A stretch of DNA of 63,070 nt, the filler included. It is 9 parts of 9 records of this genome, joined end to end, with 100 filler letters (N's around TTAATTAATTAA, not from the genome) between each part and the next. Parts side by side here need not be neighbours in the genome. Positions count along the whole stretch, not along the records: positions 30,945 to 37,881 come from SRR31147125_19466; positions 37,982 to 42,988 come from SRR31147125_19477; 7 more parts are not named here. One strand, given 5' to 3'. Below, one piece after another: positions 30,945 to 42,537 of this stretch. A model generated the notes under the pieces. That model saw nothing but the letters and a program-made list of their open reading frames with translations. It was not told the DNA's origin and did not search any database. Numbering within the stretch: position 1 is the stretch's first letter; each line of letters starts with the position of its first letter. A program made the position numbers and the translations under genes.

Positions 30945-32135
30945 GGCAATGCCGCCCAGGCTCATGATATTGGCATTGATCTTAAAGGGGTACATGATCA
31001 AAAAGGACATGAGAATCCCAACCGGCAGGGTGAAGATGGCCACAAAGGCAGATCTGAAATGAAGCAGAAAAACAATACAGATAACTGCCACCACAATCAT
31101 CTCCTCGGTGAGTTTGGTTTTGAGGGTGTCCACGGCCCGTTCAATCAGGGCAGACCGGTCATACCCGGAGATGATCTCAACCCCTTGGGGCAGTCCTTTT
31201 TCCAGATCCTTAAGTTTTTCTTTTACCCGCTGGATCACCTCAAGGGCGTTCTCGCCGTACCGCATGACCACCACACCGCCTGCTGTCTCTCCTTCACCAT
31301 TCCACTCCAGGACACCTCGTCGCAGTTCAGGGCCGATCTGGATATTGGCTATGTCCTTTAAAAGGATGGGGGTGCCTTTGTTGTCCACGGTTACGGTAAT
31401 CTGTTCAATGTCACTGACCGATTTGAGATACCCGATACCTCTGACCATGAACTCGGTCTCCCCCATTTCGATGAGCTTGCCGCCTACATCGGCATTGGAC
31501 CGCTGGATGGCTTTTTTGATCTTCTGGATGGGAATATTGTAGGAGAGCAGTTTGTTGGGGTCTACTTCCACCTGGTATTGCTTGACAAAACCGCCGATGC
31601 TGGCCACCTCCGAGACCCCGGGAACCGAGGTCAGTTCATACCGGATAAACCAGTCCTGAAGGGATCGCAGTTCTGCAAGATCGGTGTTGCCGGTGGTATC
31701 TTTAAGGATATACTGGTAGACCCAGCCAACACCCGTGGCATCCGGTCCCAGGCTTGGGGTGACCCCTTGGGGCAGACGTCCTGAGACAAAGTTAAGGTAT
31801 TCCATGACCCTGGACCTGGCCCAGTAAATGTCGGTGCCGTCTTCAAATATCAGGTAGACAAAGGAGTACCCGAAAAAAGAATACCCCCGGACCACCTTGG
31901 CAAAAGGCACGCTGAGCATGGCCGTTGTCAAAGGATAGGTCACCTGGTCCTCCACCACCTGGGGGGCCTGCCCCGGGTATTGGGTATAAATAATCACCTG
32001 AACGTCGGAGAGATCCGGTATGGCATCCAGGGGGGTGTTGACCATGGCAATGATACCCCCCACAATAACAAAGAAGGTTGTCAGAACCACCATGAATTTA
32101 TTGTTAACCGACCACTCGATAATTTTATCTATCAT
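30945..32135 (-). CDS. cusA: CusA/CzcA heavy-metal RND permease (3' partial)
   Basis: PLDAIPDLSDVQVI, PGQAPQVVEDQVTYPLTTAML, YWARSRV, GPDATGVGWVYQY, NIMSLGGIA. Confidence 0.96.
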
Positions 32136-32150
32136 TGGAGGATTCCTCGT

Positions 32151-33653
32151 CTATTCCATGTCTTTAAAGAAGTCATCATCAGAACCATTGTCCATGTCGT
32201 CGAAAAAATTGTCTTCATCTGGTGTCGGGGTCTCCCCGGCCTTGGCCGGCCCCTTATTTTTGGATTCGATCATCTTCTGAATGGCCTCCTTGAGCTTGGA
32301 TTCCGAATCCAGAAGAAACTGGCCGGACACCACGACATTCTCTCCCTGGGCAAGACCTGAGAGCACCTGGACCCTGCCATTTTCAAGAAACAGCCCGGTG
32401 GAAATCTTTCGGGGTGAAAATTTCCCGCTTCCCCTGGCCACAAATACGATCTGTTCCTCCCCGGAATGGATGACGGCCTGGGCCGGGATGGAAAACCCTT
32501 TGTCATCACTGCTGGTCTTTATTTTAATCTGAGCAAACATGTCGGGTTTCAATTCTCCTTTAGGATTGTCAAAGGAGATACGGATGATCACATCCCGGGT
32601 TTTGGGCTGAAGATAGGGGAAAATATAGGCAATTTTACCGGTGTATACCGTGTTGGGATTATAAGAGAGACGCATCTCAACCGGTTGCCCCACATATACC
32701 CGGGATTGCTCATATTCAAAGATATGGGCCTCTACCCAGACAGCGTTTAAATCGGCAATGGTATAAAGATTTGCACCGGTCTTTACATAGGCCCCCTGGG
32801 TCACATTTTTGTGGGTCACCACCCCATTGAATGGAGAACGAACGGTGAGGGTTTTTTGGGCAGAACCGGTTTTTTCAATCAAAGCGATCTCAGGATCTGC
32901 AATATCAAAGTATTGCAGCCGCTTTTTGGCTGAGGTCAGCATCTCCTTGTTCAAAGGGCTGGGGGATCGTTTATAATTCTTATAGGCAGACAGATATTCT
33001 TCCTGGGAGGCCAGGAGTGCCGGTGAATAGATGTCGAACAGGGGCTGGCCTTTTTCCACCTCAAACCCGGTATAATCCACGTATAGCGTTTCGATCCAGC
33101 CGGAGTATTTCTGGCTGATAATGCCGGTGCGGGTTTCATCCACGGTGACATGACCATAGGTTTTAATGGTATGGGATAGGTCTCCCTTTTCAACAGCTTC
33201 CACCTTTAGCCCCATGTTCTGCTCCATGACAGGGGAAATTTTAATGTCTACCCCGCCCACCAGCTCATCTTCATACACCGGCACCAGATCCATGCCCATC
33301 TTGCTTTGGCCCGGCTCATCATAGATTTCGGTGGGATCCATGGGGGCCTTCCAGTAAACAATCTTTCTATCCCCGGAATCGGAACCAATGTCATTGACCT
33401 CATCTTCATACACCGGCACCAGGTCCATACCCATCTTACTTTGGCCGGGCTCATCGTAAATTTCCGTTGGATCCATGGGGGCCTTCCAATAGATGATTTT
33501 CCGTTCCTTGGGGCCGTCGTTAGCACTCTCCGTTGTTTTGCCGTCACCAGAAGATGCAGAAGGCGCAGTGCCTGGACCTGCCGCAAACCAGACAAGGATG
33601 CCGGTTATCAAAGCAGTGATAATGATCGTAAGCAGGAATGATTTGATTTTCAT
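32151..33653 (-). CDS. cusB: CusB-type RND periplasmic adaptor with two tandem heavy-metal-binding domains
   Basis: Likely start MKIKSF at 33653; 2x YWKAPMDPTEIYDEPGQSKMGMDLVPVYEDE; YSPALLASQEEYL; GQFLLDSES. Confidence 0.92.
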   Translation of the reverse strand: MKIKSFLLTIIITALITGILVWFAAGPGTAPSASSGDGKTTESANDGPKERKIIYWKAPMDPTEIYDEPGQSKMGMDLVPVYEDEVNDIGSDSGDRKIVYWKAPMDPTEIYDEPGQSKMGMDLVPVYEDELVGGVDIKISPVMEQNMGLKVEAVEKGDLSHTIKTYGHVTVDETRTGIISQKYSGWIETLYVDYTGFEVEKGQPLFDIYSPALLASQEEYLSAYKNYKRSPSPLNKEMLTSAKKRLQYFDIADPEIALIEKTGSAQKTLTVRSPFNGVVTHKNVTQGAYVKTGANLYTIADLNAVWVEAHIFEYEQSRVYVGQPVEMRLSYNPNTVYTGKIAYIFPYLQPKTRDVIIRISFDNPKGELKPDMFAQIKIKTSSDDKGFSIPAQAVIHSGEEQIVFVARGSGKFSPRKISTGLFLENGRVQVLSGLAQGENVVVSGQFLLDSESKLKEAIQKMIESKNKGPAKAGETPTPDEDNFFDDMDNGSDDDFFKDME

Positions 33654-33673
33654 AGGTCTGTCCTTAAGATGTT

Positions 33674-35206
33674 CAATGGATTTTTTTCCAACCACATTTT
33701 CAAGATCGGCAAATGCCTTTGCAAAGCGGCTTCGCTTCTCTGCAATCAGCAGCTTGACTTTTAACCAATATGTATAGGAATCAATGGCCTGGGAAAAAGG
33801 AATCGCCCCGGACTCATACTCTTTGGTGCTGACATCCAGGGCGGATTTGGACAAATCCAAGATTCTGTTCTTATATAGGATGAATTCCCGTCTGTTTTTA
33901 TCGGTTTTGAACCAGGCGTTTCTGACCATCCGGTCTGTCTCATTTTCCTTGGCTTTAAGCGCTTCTTTCAAGCTCAGAAGGGTTTGTCGGGTCTGTTCCA
34001 GCCAGGGTTGGCTCACCCCGTACCAGGCCTGAACCGGGCTGTTGTTTTTCATGGCTGCCATGGTTCGTTCCGGGAAGGCGCTGGTTTGGGCTCCTGTGCC
34101 GGTGGTATTGATAAAATTCGTATCTGCCATGGATAAGCCTAGGAATATCTGGCCCCAAGCATGGTTTCGGACATCTCCACCATGGCTGAAACCTTGGTGA
34201 TTTTGAACCCAAGGGCCAAAAGTTCCTGACGGTGTTCCCGGGCCATGGGGTATAGCGCTTTTATGGCAGGCGCTTTAGGGGGAAGATCGGCCTGCACTGC
34301 CCGGCCGATTCTTGTGTCCGGGGGAAGGTTTAAGAGCTCAAGCAGACGGTTCTGGATAACAAATCGTTTGGACTTGAGTGTGATCAGGTTCTCCTTGAGT
34401 TCCTCAAGCTTGATGTTGATCTTAATGACGTCCTGAAAGCTGGTCTTCCCACTCTTATAAAGGACTGTAGCCACATCTTTGAGGCGTTGGAACGCTGAAA
34501 TGGTCTCCTGGATGATTCGGGTGGACTGTTCTGTGTATAATAAATCCCAATAGGCAGAGGTGATATCCCTGAGCACCTGTCGTTTCACAATGGCTTCCTG
34601 TTCCAGGTAAATGCCCACCTGGGCGTCTACGACCCTGCCCTTTAGCGCAGATATTCCAGGAGACGGAAAAGCCATTTTGACACTCTCCTTGCCTTTGACC
34701 GGGCCGACCTTATTGTTGAGGGCGTCTGTAAAAGCGCTGTACTGCCTGAGACTGTCATCCAGGTTGGCCACCTGATCAAATGACTGAAGTTCTGCCATCA
34801 CTTTTTTGCGGGCCGCTTCAATGCCGGGATGCCGCAGCAATGCATAGGCCTGAAGCTCTGATAATACAGCGGTTTTGCCCACCCGGGTCTCAAGGGTCTG
34901 TGTATGGGATGCTGTTTCAACTGCTTTTTTGAATTGCTCAGCATCCATACCCATAAGCACATTTATGGTCTCGTCTATATTATCCAGGTCTGCATATCGT
35001 TGTTTTAATGGGTCAATAATCTGTGCCTGTACAGGCTCCTTGACCACTGCCGAAGGTGTCTCTTCACTGGGCATTTGCCCCTTTTGGATAAAGTTCCCGG
35101 GTGGTTTGTAGGCGTCGGCCTCTGTCTTGAAGCGATCATAATCTGCAAAAAGCGGTGGGACAGACAGCTGCATCAGGAGTACAAGGCCAATGGCTTTTTT
35201 TATCAT
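33674..35206 (-). CDS. TolC-family outer membrane factor 2 (frameshift near 34143; stop lost in an A-run near 33685)
   Basis: AYWDLLY, LYKSGKTSFQDVI, EYESGAIPFSQAI; C-terminal half appears fused to cusB in the ORF track. Confidence 0.8.
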
Positions 35207-36573
35207 TTTTCTGTCCCTTCTTTTGTCTCTTCTGCTATTTCAGCATTCTTGGGGGGCAGTTGATTGGCTTTGTCCAAGATCACCCCTGCCAACTGCTCAA
35301 GCATTACCAGATTCTTTGAGTAATCTGTTTTGGCACGCTCAAGTGAGAGTTCAAAATTATAAGCTGTGGCCTGGATCTCTAAAAAATCAGCCAAACTGCC
35401 CCTGGACTCTCTAAACCAGGTCTCAGCAGTGCCCACAGAGGCTCGGGCTTGGGGAAGCAGATCTTTTTCATACAGGGTGATCAACCGTTTTGAATTCTGA
35501 AGCTTGAACCAGAGGCGACTGATTCTGGCCCTGATTTTATTGGCTGTGATGATTTTTTCAGCCTGGGCCTTTGCCTTGATCGCTTTGGCTTTTGCCACCT
35601 TGCTGTTGTTCTTGCCAGACCATAGCGGCAGATTTAGGCCAAGTTGAACACCAAGGGCATCATCACCGGCATCATTGGGGGGATTGGCCACGCCAGGCTG
35701 ACCGATACCGGCATAAAAAAGACCCAGCTTGAAAGAGGGCAGGTTTTCATACTTTGTTAAACTGAGGGCTTCCTGGGATTTTTTCACCCCCTCTTGGGCA
35801 ATGAGGATGTCTTCTTGAAAGGCCATGGCCAGGTCATAAATCTCATCCAGAGAGTAAACCACCTCTTTGGGAGGGATGGGCTTGGCTGTTCCAATGGCTG
35901 CATTGGGGGGACGGTTCAAAATGGTATTGATATTTGTTTTTTCTGTCAGTTCCAATTCCTGGAGCAGGATGATGTCATACTGGATCTGGGCGGTCTGGGC
36001 CCGGGCTTTGGATACATCATAAAACAGGGCCTGGTCTTTGGCATAGGCGGTTTCACTGATTTGCATCAGTTTTTGGTTCAATTGAAAATTTCGTTGGGCG
36101 GTTTCAATGGCTTTCTGGATATACAGCAGTTCATAATAGGAACTGGATAACTCCGTAACAATGGCTTTAACCACCTTATCCACTTTCAGTTTGGAAATAT
36201 TGACCTGGGCTTCAAGCACCTTACCCTTTTGGGAAAGTGTTCCTGGAAACGGGATGGCCTGGGACAGGGTCAGGTTCCAGTCCTGAGGCCCCAGGCGGGT
36301 TTCTATGGGTTTGGGAAAAAAGGTGGTCATAAGCTGGGGGTCTGGATAACTTTTTTCGATCCGATAGTTTTCAATAAAGGCCTGCCAGGATTCTTTGGAT
36401 GCGGTTATGGATGGATTGGACAGATAGGCGTACTGCAGCAGGTCTGATAATTCAAGACTTTGAGACAGCTGATCTTCAATAACAGCCGTATCGGTAGCAG
36501 CCACAATCCCGGTTGGCATAAGGGTAATGATTAAAAAACACGAATAGATCAGGATGCGTCTTTTCGATTTCAT
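35203..36573 (-). CDS. TolC-family outer membrane factor 1
   Basis: YPDPQL, LSQAIPFPGTL, LNLPLW, LYEKDLLPQA. Confidence 0.9.
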   Translation of the reverse strand: MKSKRRILIYSCFLIITLMPTGIVAATDTAVIEDQLSQSLELSDLLQYAYLSNPSITASKESWQAFIENYRIEKSYPDPQLMTTFFPKPIETRLGPQDWNLTLSQAIPFPGTLSQKGKVLEAQVNISKLKVDKVVKAIVTELSSSYYELLYIQKAIETAQRNFQLNQKLMQISETAYAKDQALFYDVSKARAQTAQIQYDIILLQELELTEKTNINTILNRPPNAAIGTAKPIPPKEVVYSLDEIYDLAMAFQEDILIAQEGVKKSQEALSLTKYENLPSFKLGLFYAGIGQPGVANPPNDAGDDALGVQLGLNLPLWSGKNNSKVAKAKAIKAKAQAEKIITANKIRARISRLWFKLQNSKRLITLYEKDLLPQARASVGTAETWFRESRGSLADFLEIQATAYNFELSLERAKTDYSKNLVMLEQLAGVILDKANQLPPKNAEIAEETKEGTEK

Positions 36574-36874
36574 GGCCAATCCTTAACGATAATTGAGGTT
36601 TTGTGCTTATAGGATTTATGGAATAGGATAAAGCACGATATTTCGTCTCTGGATGTGTATAGTTTTTTGTGATGGTTGTAAGAGGGAGTGATGGAGCATC
36701 GCCAGGGACAATAATTAGAATATAGTATCATTTATCACCCCGTGCAATGGCGATTTTATAAATCGGTCCAAACAATATGGGTCTCAATTGAAATATATTG
36801 TCATGTTCAAATATCCGCACAACAGATCCTCTAATTAGGGTAAAAAGTATTTAACAATTCTGAAAATGGAGAAT

Positions 36875-36890
36875 TGCACAGGGTGTGCCA
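36875..36890 (-). promoter_or_regulatory. sigma54 (-24/-12) promoter
   Basis: Minus strand TGGCACACCCTGTGCA (GG-N10-GC), pointing into the tolC-tolC-cusBA operon. Confidence 0.7.
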
Positions 36891-36988
36891 CAGAGAGGGT
36901 AAAATTTGCTTGATGGTTTTATTTAATAAAAACGAATTGTTATGTTTTTGGGTTGTTGGCCTTCTTACAGAAGGAACTTAGGTTTACT

Positions 36989-37021
36989 CCATCATCTGTC
37001 TAAAAATTAGACAGATGATGG
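36989..37021. promoter_or_regulatory. perfect palindrome; candidate enhancer-binding-protein site
   Basis: CCATCATCTGTCTAA-AAA-TTAGACAGATGATGG, about 100 bp upstream of the sigma54 motif. Confidence 0.55.
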
Positions 37022-37104
37022 TGAGATAGTGATTAATTTTTAATCACGTTGGTTTTAATGGGAATTCACTTTAGTGAAGGTACGGTGCCAGAAGAATGGC
37101 TGAT

Positions 37105-37322
37105 GTGACCGCAAAGCGAAAAAGAAAATTTAAGGTGACAACGGAGAGCAAGCAGAATCTGCCAGTTGCCCCAACCTATTGAAGCAATGAGGATGGCCAC
37201 TGGGCGCAGAGAGGTTTCGCCAGGTTTTATTCCCAATTCGGATCGAGGAAGCCGGTATTGCAGCCATAGGTATCAAAAAGCGCTTGGTGCTCACGGTATA
37301 ATCTCCAGCATGAGTCGAAAAT
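37105..37322 (+). pseudogene. IS3-family transposase relic with internal deletion
   Basis: AKRKRKFKVTTESKQNLPVAPNLL followed by SDRGSRYCS..YQKAL..HGIISSMSRK. Confidence 0.8.
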
Positions 37323-37692
37323 GCCTTGTATGCGAAGATTTTAACTTGGCCATGGGTTGAACGTTTTATGAGGTCATCAACCGAATTAGATTCGGCTTTT
37401 GTTTAGACTATTCCAGATGCTTCAAAGACCGGACATGGACCGGAAGTTTTTGGGCTCCAATGCTGATATCTGCCTTTACAACTTCAACTGTCGGTCATGC
37501 TGTGCGCAATTTTTGAAGTTTATCTTTGGTTTTTAATAAGATGATTTTACCGATCTTTCCATACTGGAATCGATGGATCCAAGGCAGCTGCTTTTCATCC
37601 AAAACTTGGGGAACTTCTTTGGAATTGTCAAAACAACCCAAGCGTCAATATACCACTTGATAAAATCAGATTAAACTGAAAAACTATCCGAC

Positions 37693-37881
37693 ATGAAAAC
37701 AGAGCAGCAGACAAGGGCGGACTTGATAGACAAACAGCTTGGAAAAGCCGGCTGGAATGTCAATGATCCCACCCAGGTTGTGCAGGAATATGATATTCTT
37801 GTTGATCTTCCAGAAGGTGTAGCCGAAGCACAGACACCTTACCAGGGACATCAATTTAGCGACTATGTCTTATTAGGTAAA
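37693..37881 (+). CDS. hsdR: type I restriction endonuclease R subunit N-terminus (3' partial)
   Basis: MKTEQQTRADLIDKQLGKAGW...SDYVLLGK, EcoEI-like N-terminus. Confidence 0.75.
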
Positions 37882-37981
37882 NNNNNNNNNNNNNNNNNNN
37901 NNNNNNNNNNNNNNNNNNNNNNNNNTTAATTAATTAANNNNNNNNNNNNNNNNNNNNNNNNNNNNNNNNNNNNNNNNNNNN
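37882..37981. other. artificial contig linker
   Basis: N44-TTAATTAATTAA-N44. Confidence 0.99.
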
Positions 37982-37983
37982 CC

Positions 37984-39177
37984 CTGGTTATTGAGTGGTC
38001 CAACAGCGTGACCAAAGGCAGTTTTACCATAGAGGGGCATGATCCCCCCTATACCCCCCTGGCCCCGGTTGAGGTCTCTGTGGACGGGATGGTTTTTAAA
38101 TTTTCCGACGGTACCCTGTTTAACGGGGATGTCTTCACCGTGAGCACCGGGGATACCGGCCTTCCCCAGTACCGGACCGTTGACGGAAACCCCACAGGGG
38201 TGACCGAGTCGGACTGGCATTGGACCCTGGATTCATTCACAGAGGAATTTAACCGCCAGGGCGCCGGCCTCAAGGCCTCTGCGACCTATAAGAATGAATT
38301 GCAGTTTGAGGCGTCCCAGACCTGTTATACCATCCAGGATACCGAATATTCCGGGACCAACGGATTTTCAGAAGACAATGTCAATATCACGGTGACCGAT
38401 TGGTCCGGCATCAATTTTGCCGCCAGCGACCTGAAGTTTGAACGGTCGGGCAACGGGGTGTGGGGGGTGCATAACGACCCCACCGGCGGCGTACTTCAGC
38501 TTCTGCCCCCGGGCGGGGATGATGACGGGTTCGGCGTTGATGTAACCGGGGACGGATTTGCAGACCTGAAAATTGAATTCAAGGAGCGGGTCGGCGGCAA
38601 CGGCTATGTGCAATTTGATCTGGGCAAGCGGAATACCGAGGAGATCGGGTTTGCCTTTTCAGATGACGCCTCCTCAGATTCAGGCCTGGCTGCCGCAGCA
38701 GGGGTAAATACATTTTTTAAGGGCCGGGATGCCATGACCATGGAGATGAATACCGACCTCAAGGATACACGGCTCATCGCCGCAGCCAAGGTCGATGCCG
38801 ATACCGGGCTGATCTCCAAAGGGGACAATTCCAATGCCAATGCCATGGCCGATGTCCAGTTCCAGGACAAAACCATGACCATCTGGACATATGAACGGGG
38901 AAAGGAGGCGGTGTCCAAAAGCACCACCGCCACCCTGGATGATTATTTTAACACCATTGTCAGTTCCCTGGGTATCCGGTCCAGAAATATCAAAAGTTCA
39001 AAGTCTTTTGCCGATACCATGGTCAACAATATTACTGCGCAACGGGATGCGATATCTGCCGTTTCCCTGGATGAAGAAATGATTCAGCTGATCCGGTATC
39101 AGCATGCATTTTCGGCCGCGTCCAAATTGGTGACAGTGTCCGATGAAATGCTCAATACCTTGATTTCCATGAGGTGA
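37984..39177 (+). CDS. flgK: flagellar hook-associated protein 1 (5' partial)
   Basis: GDNSNA; QRDAISAVSLDEEMIQLIRYQHAFSAASKLVTVSDEML. Confidence 0.93.
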   Translation: MVIEWSNSVTKGSFTIEGHDPPYTPLAPVEVSVDGMVFKFSDGTLFNGDVFTVSTGDTGLPQYRTVDGNPTGVTESDWHWTLDSFTEEFNRQGAGLKASATYKNELQFEASQTCYTIQDTEYSGTNGFSEDNVNITVTDWSGINFAASDLKFERSGNGVWGVHNDPTGGVLQLLPPGGDDDGFGVDVTGDGFADLKIEFKERVGGNGYVQFDLGKRNTEEIGFAFSDDASSDSGLAAAAGVNTFFKGRDAMTMEMNTDLKDTRLIAAAKVDADTGLISKGDNSNANAMADVQFQDKTMTIWTYERGKEAVSKSTTATLDDYFNTIVSSLGIRSRNIKSSKSFADTMVNNITAQRDAISAVSLDEEMIQLIRYQHAFSAASKLVTVSDEMLNTLISMR

Positions 39178-39190
39178 TAGGAGAGTTTCA

Positions 39191-42100
39191 ATGAGAGTCC
39201 CCAATATCAATACCTATTATACGGCCACCTACAGGCTGGGCAATCTGACGGAAAGTCTGAAAAACGCCAATGAGGTGGTAAGTACCCAAAAACAGATCAA
39301 TGAGTTATCGGACGATCCTTTGGGCGCCAGCCAGAGCTTGAGCCTGGGCAATTCCATCGGGACTCTAAATCAGATCCAGCGGAATGTGGTCATGGGCAAA
39401 TCCTGGCTCAAGACCGGTGAAAATGCCCTGGACAGTGTCAATAAGTTGATTCTGGAGGCAAAGGCTGAGGCGACCCGTCTTGCCCATGACTCCATGACCC
39501 AGGACGAGCGGGCCGATGCTGTTGAGCGCATTGACAGTATTATTGAGCAGATTGTCTCCCTGGGCAACACCCAGTCCAACGGGAATTATATATTCGGGGG
39601 CACCAAGACTGATACGCCCCCTTTGTCTATGACAAAAGTACGGAGCCGAACCAGGTCATTTATACGGGAAATTCCAACCCCTTTGAGATCCGGACGGATA
39701 AACAGGCCCAGGTCCAGGTGGGCCGGGACGGGTCTGAGACCTTCTGGCAGCAGGAGGTGGACATCAATTCCACCAATAATAGGATTGTGTTCAGAGAGGA
39801 CAACGGCCACGGGTCCGCATCGGAACGGGTGGTGACCGCAGTGATCCCCGACGGCCTCTATGCCAGGGCAGACCTTGAAACTGCGGTGAAAAACGCTTTA
39901 AACCAGGCCTCGGCAGAAGAGGGGTACGGGGTCACCTATATGGTGGATTATGACGAAGAGACCCAGAAATTTGCCATACGTGAGGACGGGACCTTCCCCG
40001 GGTATATGAGAACCGAATTTCAGTGGGAGACCGGAGAAGAGGCCTATATTAATAAAATTTCAACCAGTTCCACCATTGACCCCGATGATGTGAGCATCAG
40101 TGTGGATACAGATGCCCTGGCCATCGGCACCCCGGAACCCCACGGCACTAAACCCTTTACCCTGGTCTGGCAGGGCAATGACACCTGGAAAATTGTCAAC
40201 AACCCGGGCTACACCATCACCCCGGAAATGATATCGGGCACCCCTGAAAAAGTGGAGATCGACCTGGACGAATCCGGCATCCCGGATATCACCGTCACCC
40301 TGGACGGCCCTGTGGGAAAAAAGGGGGACTATGTCTCTTTTGAAATCATTGCAGCCAAAGGGGATCACAGCACCGGTCATGAGATCGGATTCAACGGATC
40401 CAATCTTTTTCATGCGCCTCCGGTATCTGACACGCCTGCCGCCAATATCACGGAACTTGGGTTCACCGACGGGGCCAACGACCGGATCGTTTTTCGGGAA
40501 GTGAATTCAACCGGCGGGGCCACGCCTTTTTCCATTGATTTGAGTACCGCAGGTGGGACGGTCACCTATAAGGATATGGACGCCCTTGCCAAGGCCATTG
40601 AGACCAAAATGGAGACGGCCAGTGCCGCAGGCCCAAACGGGGTTCAATACGACGTTTCCTATGATGCCGAGACCAGCCGGTTTAAGATAAAGGAAACCGG
40701 CGGAAAACTGGATGAATTTCATCTGGACTGGGGCCTGAGCAATTCAGCGGACACCCTGGGGTTTTATCCGGTAACCGATTCAACGGTTTATCCGTCCAGC
40801 GACATTCCCCTGGACAGAACCATTGTGATGGACAATGCCAACAATACCTTTACCTTTGAGGAAACAGACCTTTTGGCCACGGCCGGCACCCAGGTGACCG
40901 CCACCATCGCCCCAGGCACCTATCGGAATGCCACAAGCTTTGCCGCAGCGGTTGAAGCGGCCATGGATGCGGCATCCTCCAATGTGCCCCCGGCAGATTA
41001 TTCAGTGACCTATAATCCAGGTACCAACCGGTTTAATATCCAGGATGTATCCGGCAATATATCCAGCTTCAGCCTGCCCTGGAAAACCCAGGGGCCGGAC
41101 AGCGATACCATTGCCAAGGCCCTGGGCTTCAACCCGGATGCGGATGCTTCCGACACCACCTCCTATGACAGCAATACGGCGCCTGTGGTCATGACCTTTG
41201 ATGCCACCAATAAATGGATTGAATTTGCCGAAACCGATGCCGACGGAAAAACCGTGAGTGCAGCCATAGAGATCCCTGAAGGGGATTATACGAATATGAG
41301 CCATCTGGCGGCCCTCATTGAAACAAAGATGGAGGAGGCCTCCTATAACGGGGTGGATTATTCGGTCTCCTATGACGGGACAGAAAATGAGTTCGTGTTT
41401 AAGCGGGCCGGGAATGCGGATATTGCATCCTTTCAGATGCTCTGGTACTCGGGCGGATATACATTGTCCAGTGCCGCCGATCAGATGGGATTTTCAACGG
41501 CCAGCGATGATACGGCAAAACTTTCCATGTCGGATCAGAAGATTGTCAATATCACCATAGACAATGCCAACGATAAGCTCGATTTCCTTGAGATCACCCG
41601 GGAGGAGGCCCATATGAAGACCAGCCGGTTGACCGCTTCCATCCCCCAGAAAACCTATACCAGCCATGAACAACTGGCCGGAGCAGTGGAAAAGGCCATG
41701 GAGGAGGAATCTTTAAAAAACGGGAACCGGATCGACTATACGGTGGCCTGGGATGAAGTGACCCAGAAATTCACCATCAAGGAAAACGGCCATGACCTCC
41801 ATGAGTTTCATCTTCAATGGCAGTCCGGAGACAATGCCCCGGCTGCCGTGGGGGGGACGGGTCAGAGCATCGGCGGTGTCCTGGGGTTTGGTGCCGACAC
41901 CGATGATGTGTTTGGGTCCATGGAAAGCCAGCGGGACGTGAAGTGGGGGGTGTTTGATGCCTTGATTGATTTCAAACAATACTTGTCTGAAAATGACAGG
42001 GATGGTATTGACAGAACCATTGGACGTTTGGAAAACAGCTTTGACAGTATTACCTCAAAAATCGTTGACACCGGTATGAAGTACCGCCGCCTTCAGGTGA

Positions 42101-42276
42101 GGGAGACCATTACCACCGAGGTCAGTCTGGCCCTCAAGGAACGCCGCTCCAATATTGAAGATGCAGATATTATTGAATCGGTCATGAACCTTCAGAATAT
42201 CCAGACTGCATACCAGGCCGCCTTGGCATCCACCTCAAAGGTGCTGAACATCAGCCTTGTGGATTATATGAGATAG
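39191..42276 (+). CDS. flgL: flagellar hook-associated protein 3, about 1028 aa (frameshift in C-run near 39620)
   Basis: N-terminal [13 protein letters not shown] and [12 protein letters not shown]-terminal [26 protein letters not shown]. Confidence 0.9.
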
Positions 42277-42289
42277 GGACCAGCATGAT

Positions 42290-42532
42290 ATGCTTGTATT
42301 GACACGGAAAGAAAATGAAAAAATCAAGATCGGAGATCAGGTTGTGGTCAGCATCCTCAGTGTTGACGGCAACAATGTTAAAATCGGTATAGACGCCCCC
42401 AGGGAAATCACCATTTTGAGAATGGAGATTTTCGAGCAGATCCAAAAGGAAAATATTGAATCGGCTGAAAAGGGTTTGGGTGATGTGACACAAGCCGCAG
42501 CATTGATCAAGCAAAAGTTTATCAAGGAGTAA
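42290..42532 (+). CDS. csrA: carbon storage regulator
   Basis: [16 protein letters not shown]...[18 protein letters not shown]. Confidence 0.96.
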   Translation: MLVLTRKENEKIKIGDQVVVSILSVDGNNVKIGIDAPREITILRMEIFEQIQKENIESAEKGLGDVTQAAALIKQKFIKE

Positions 42533-42537
42533 TAGCG

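Noticed and set aside
32151-34130. Novel TolC-CusB fusion (659 aa ORF)
   Set aside because: Explained by a lost stop in an A7 run plus an upstream frameshift; CusB has its own start and signal anchor at 33653.
39600-39640. Programmed frameshift in flgL
   Set aside because: Simple C-run lacking one base, consistent with the error pattern elsewhere.
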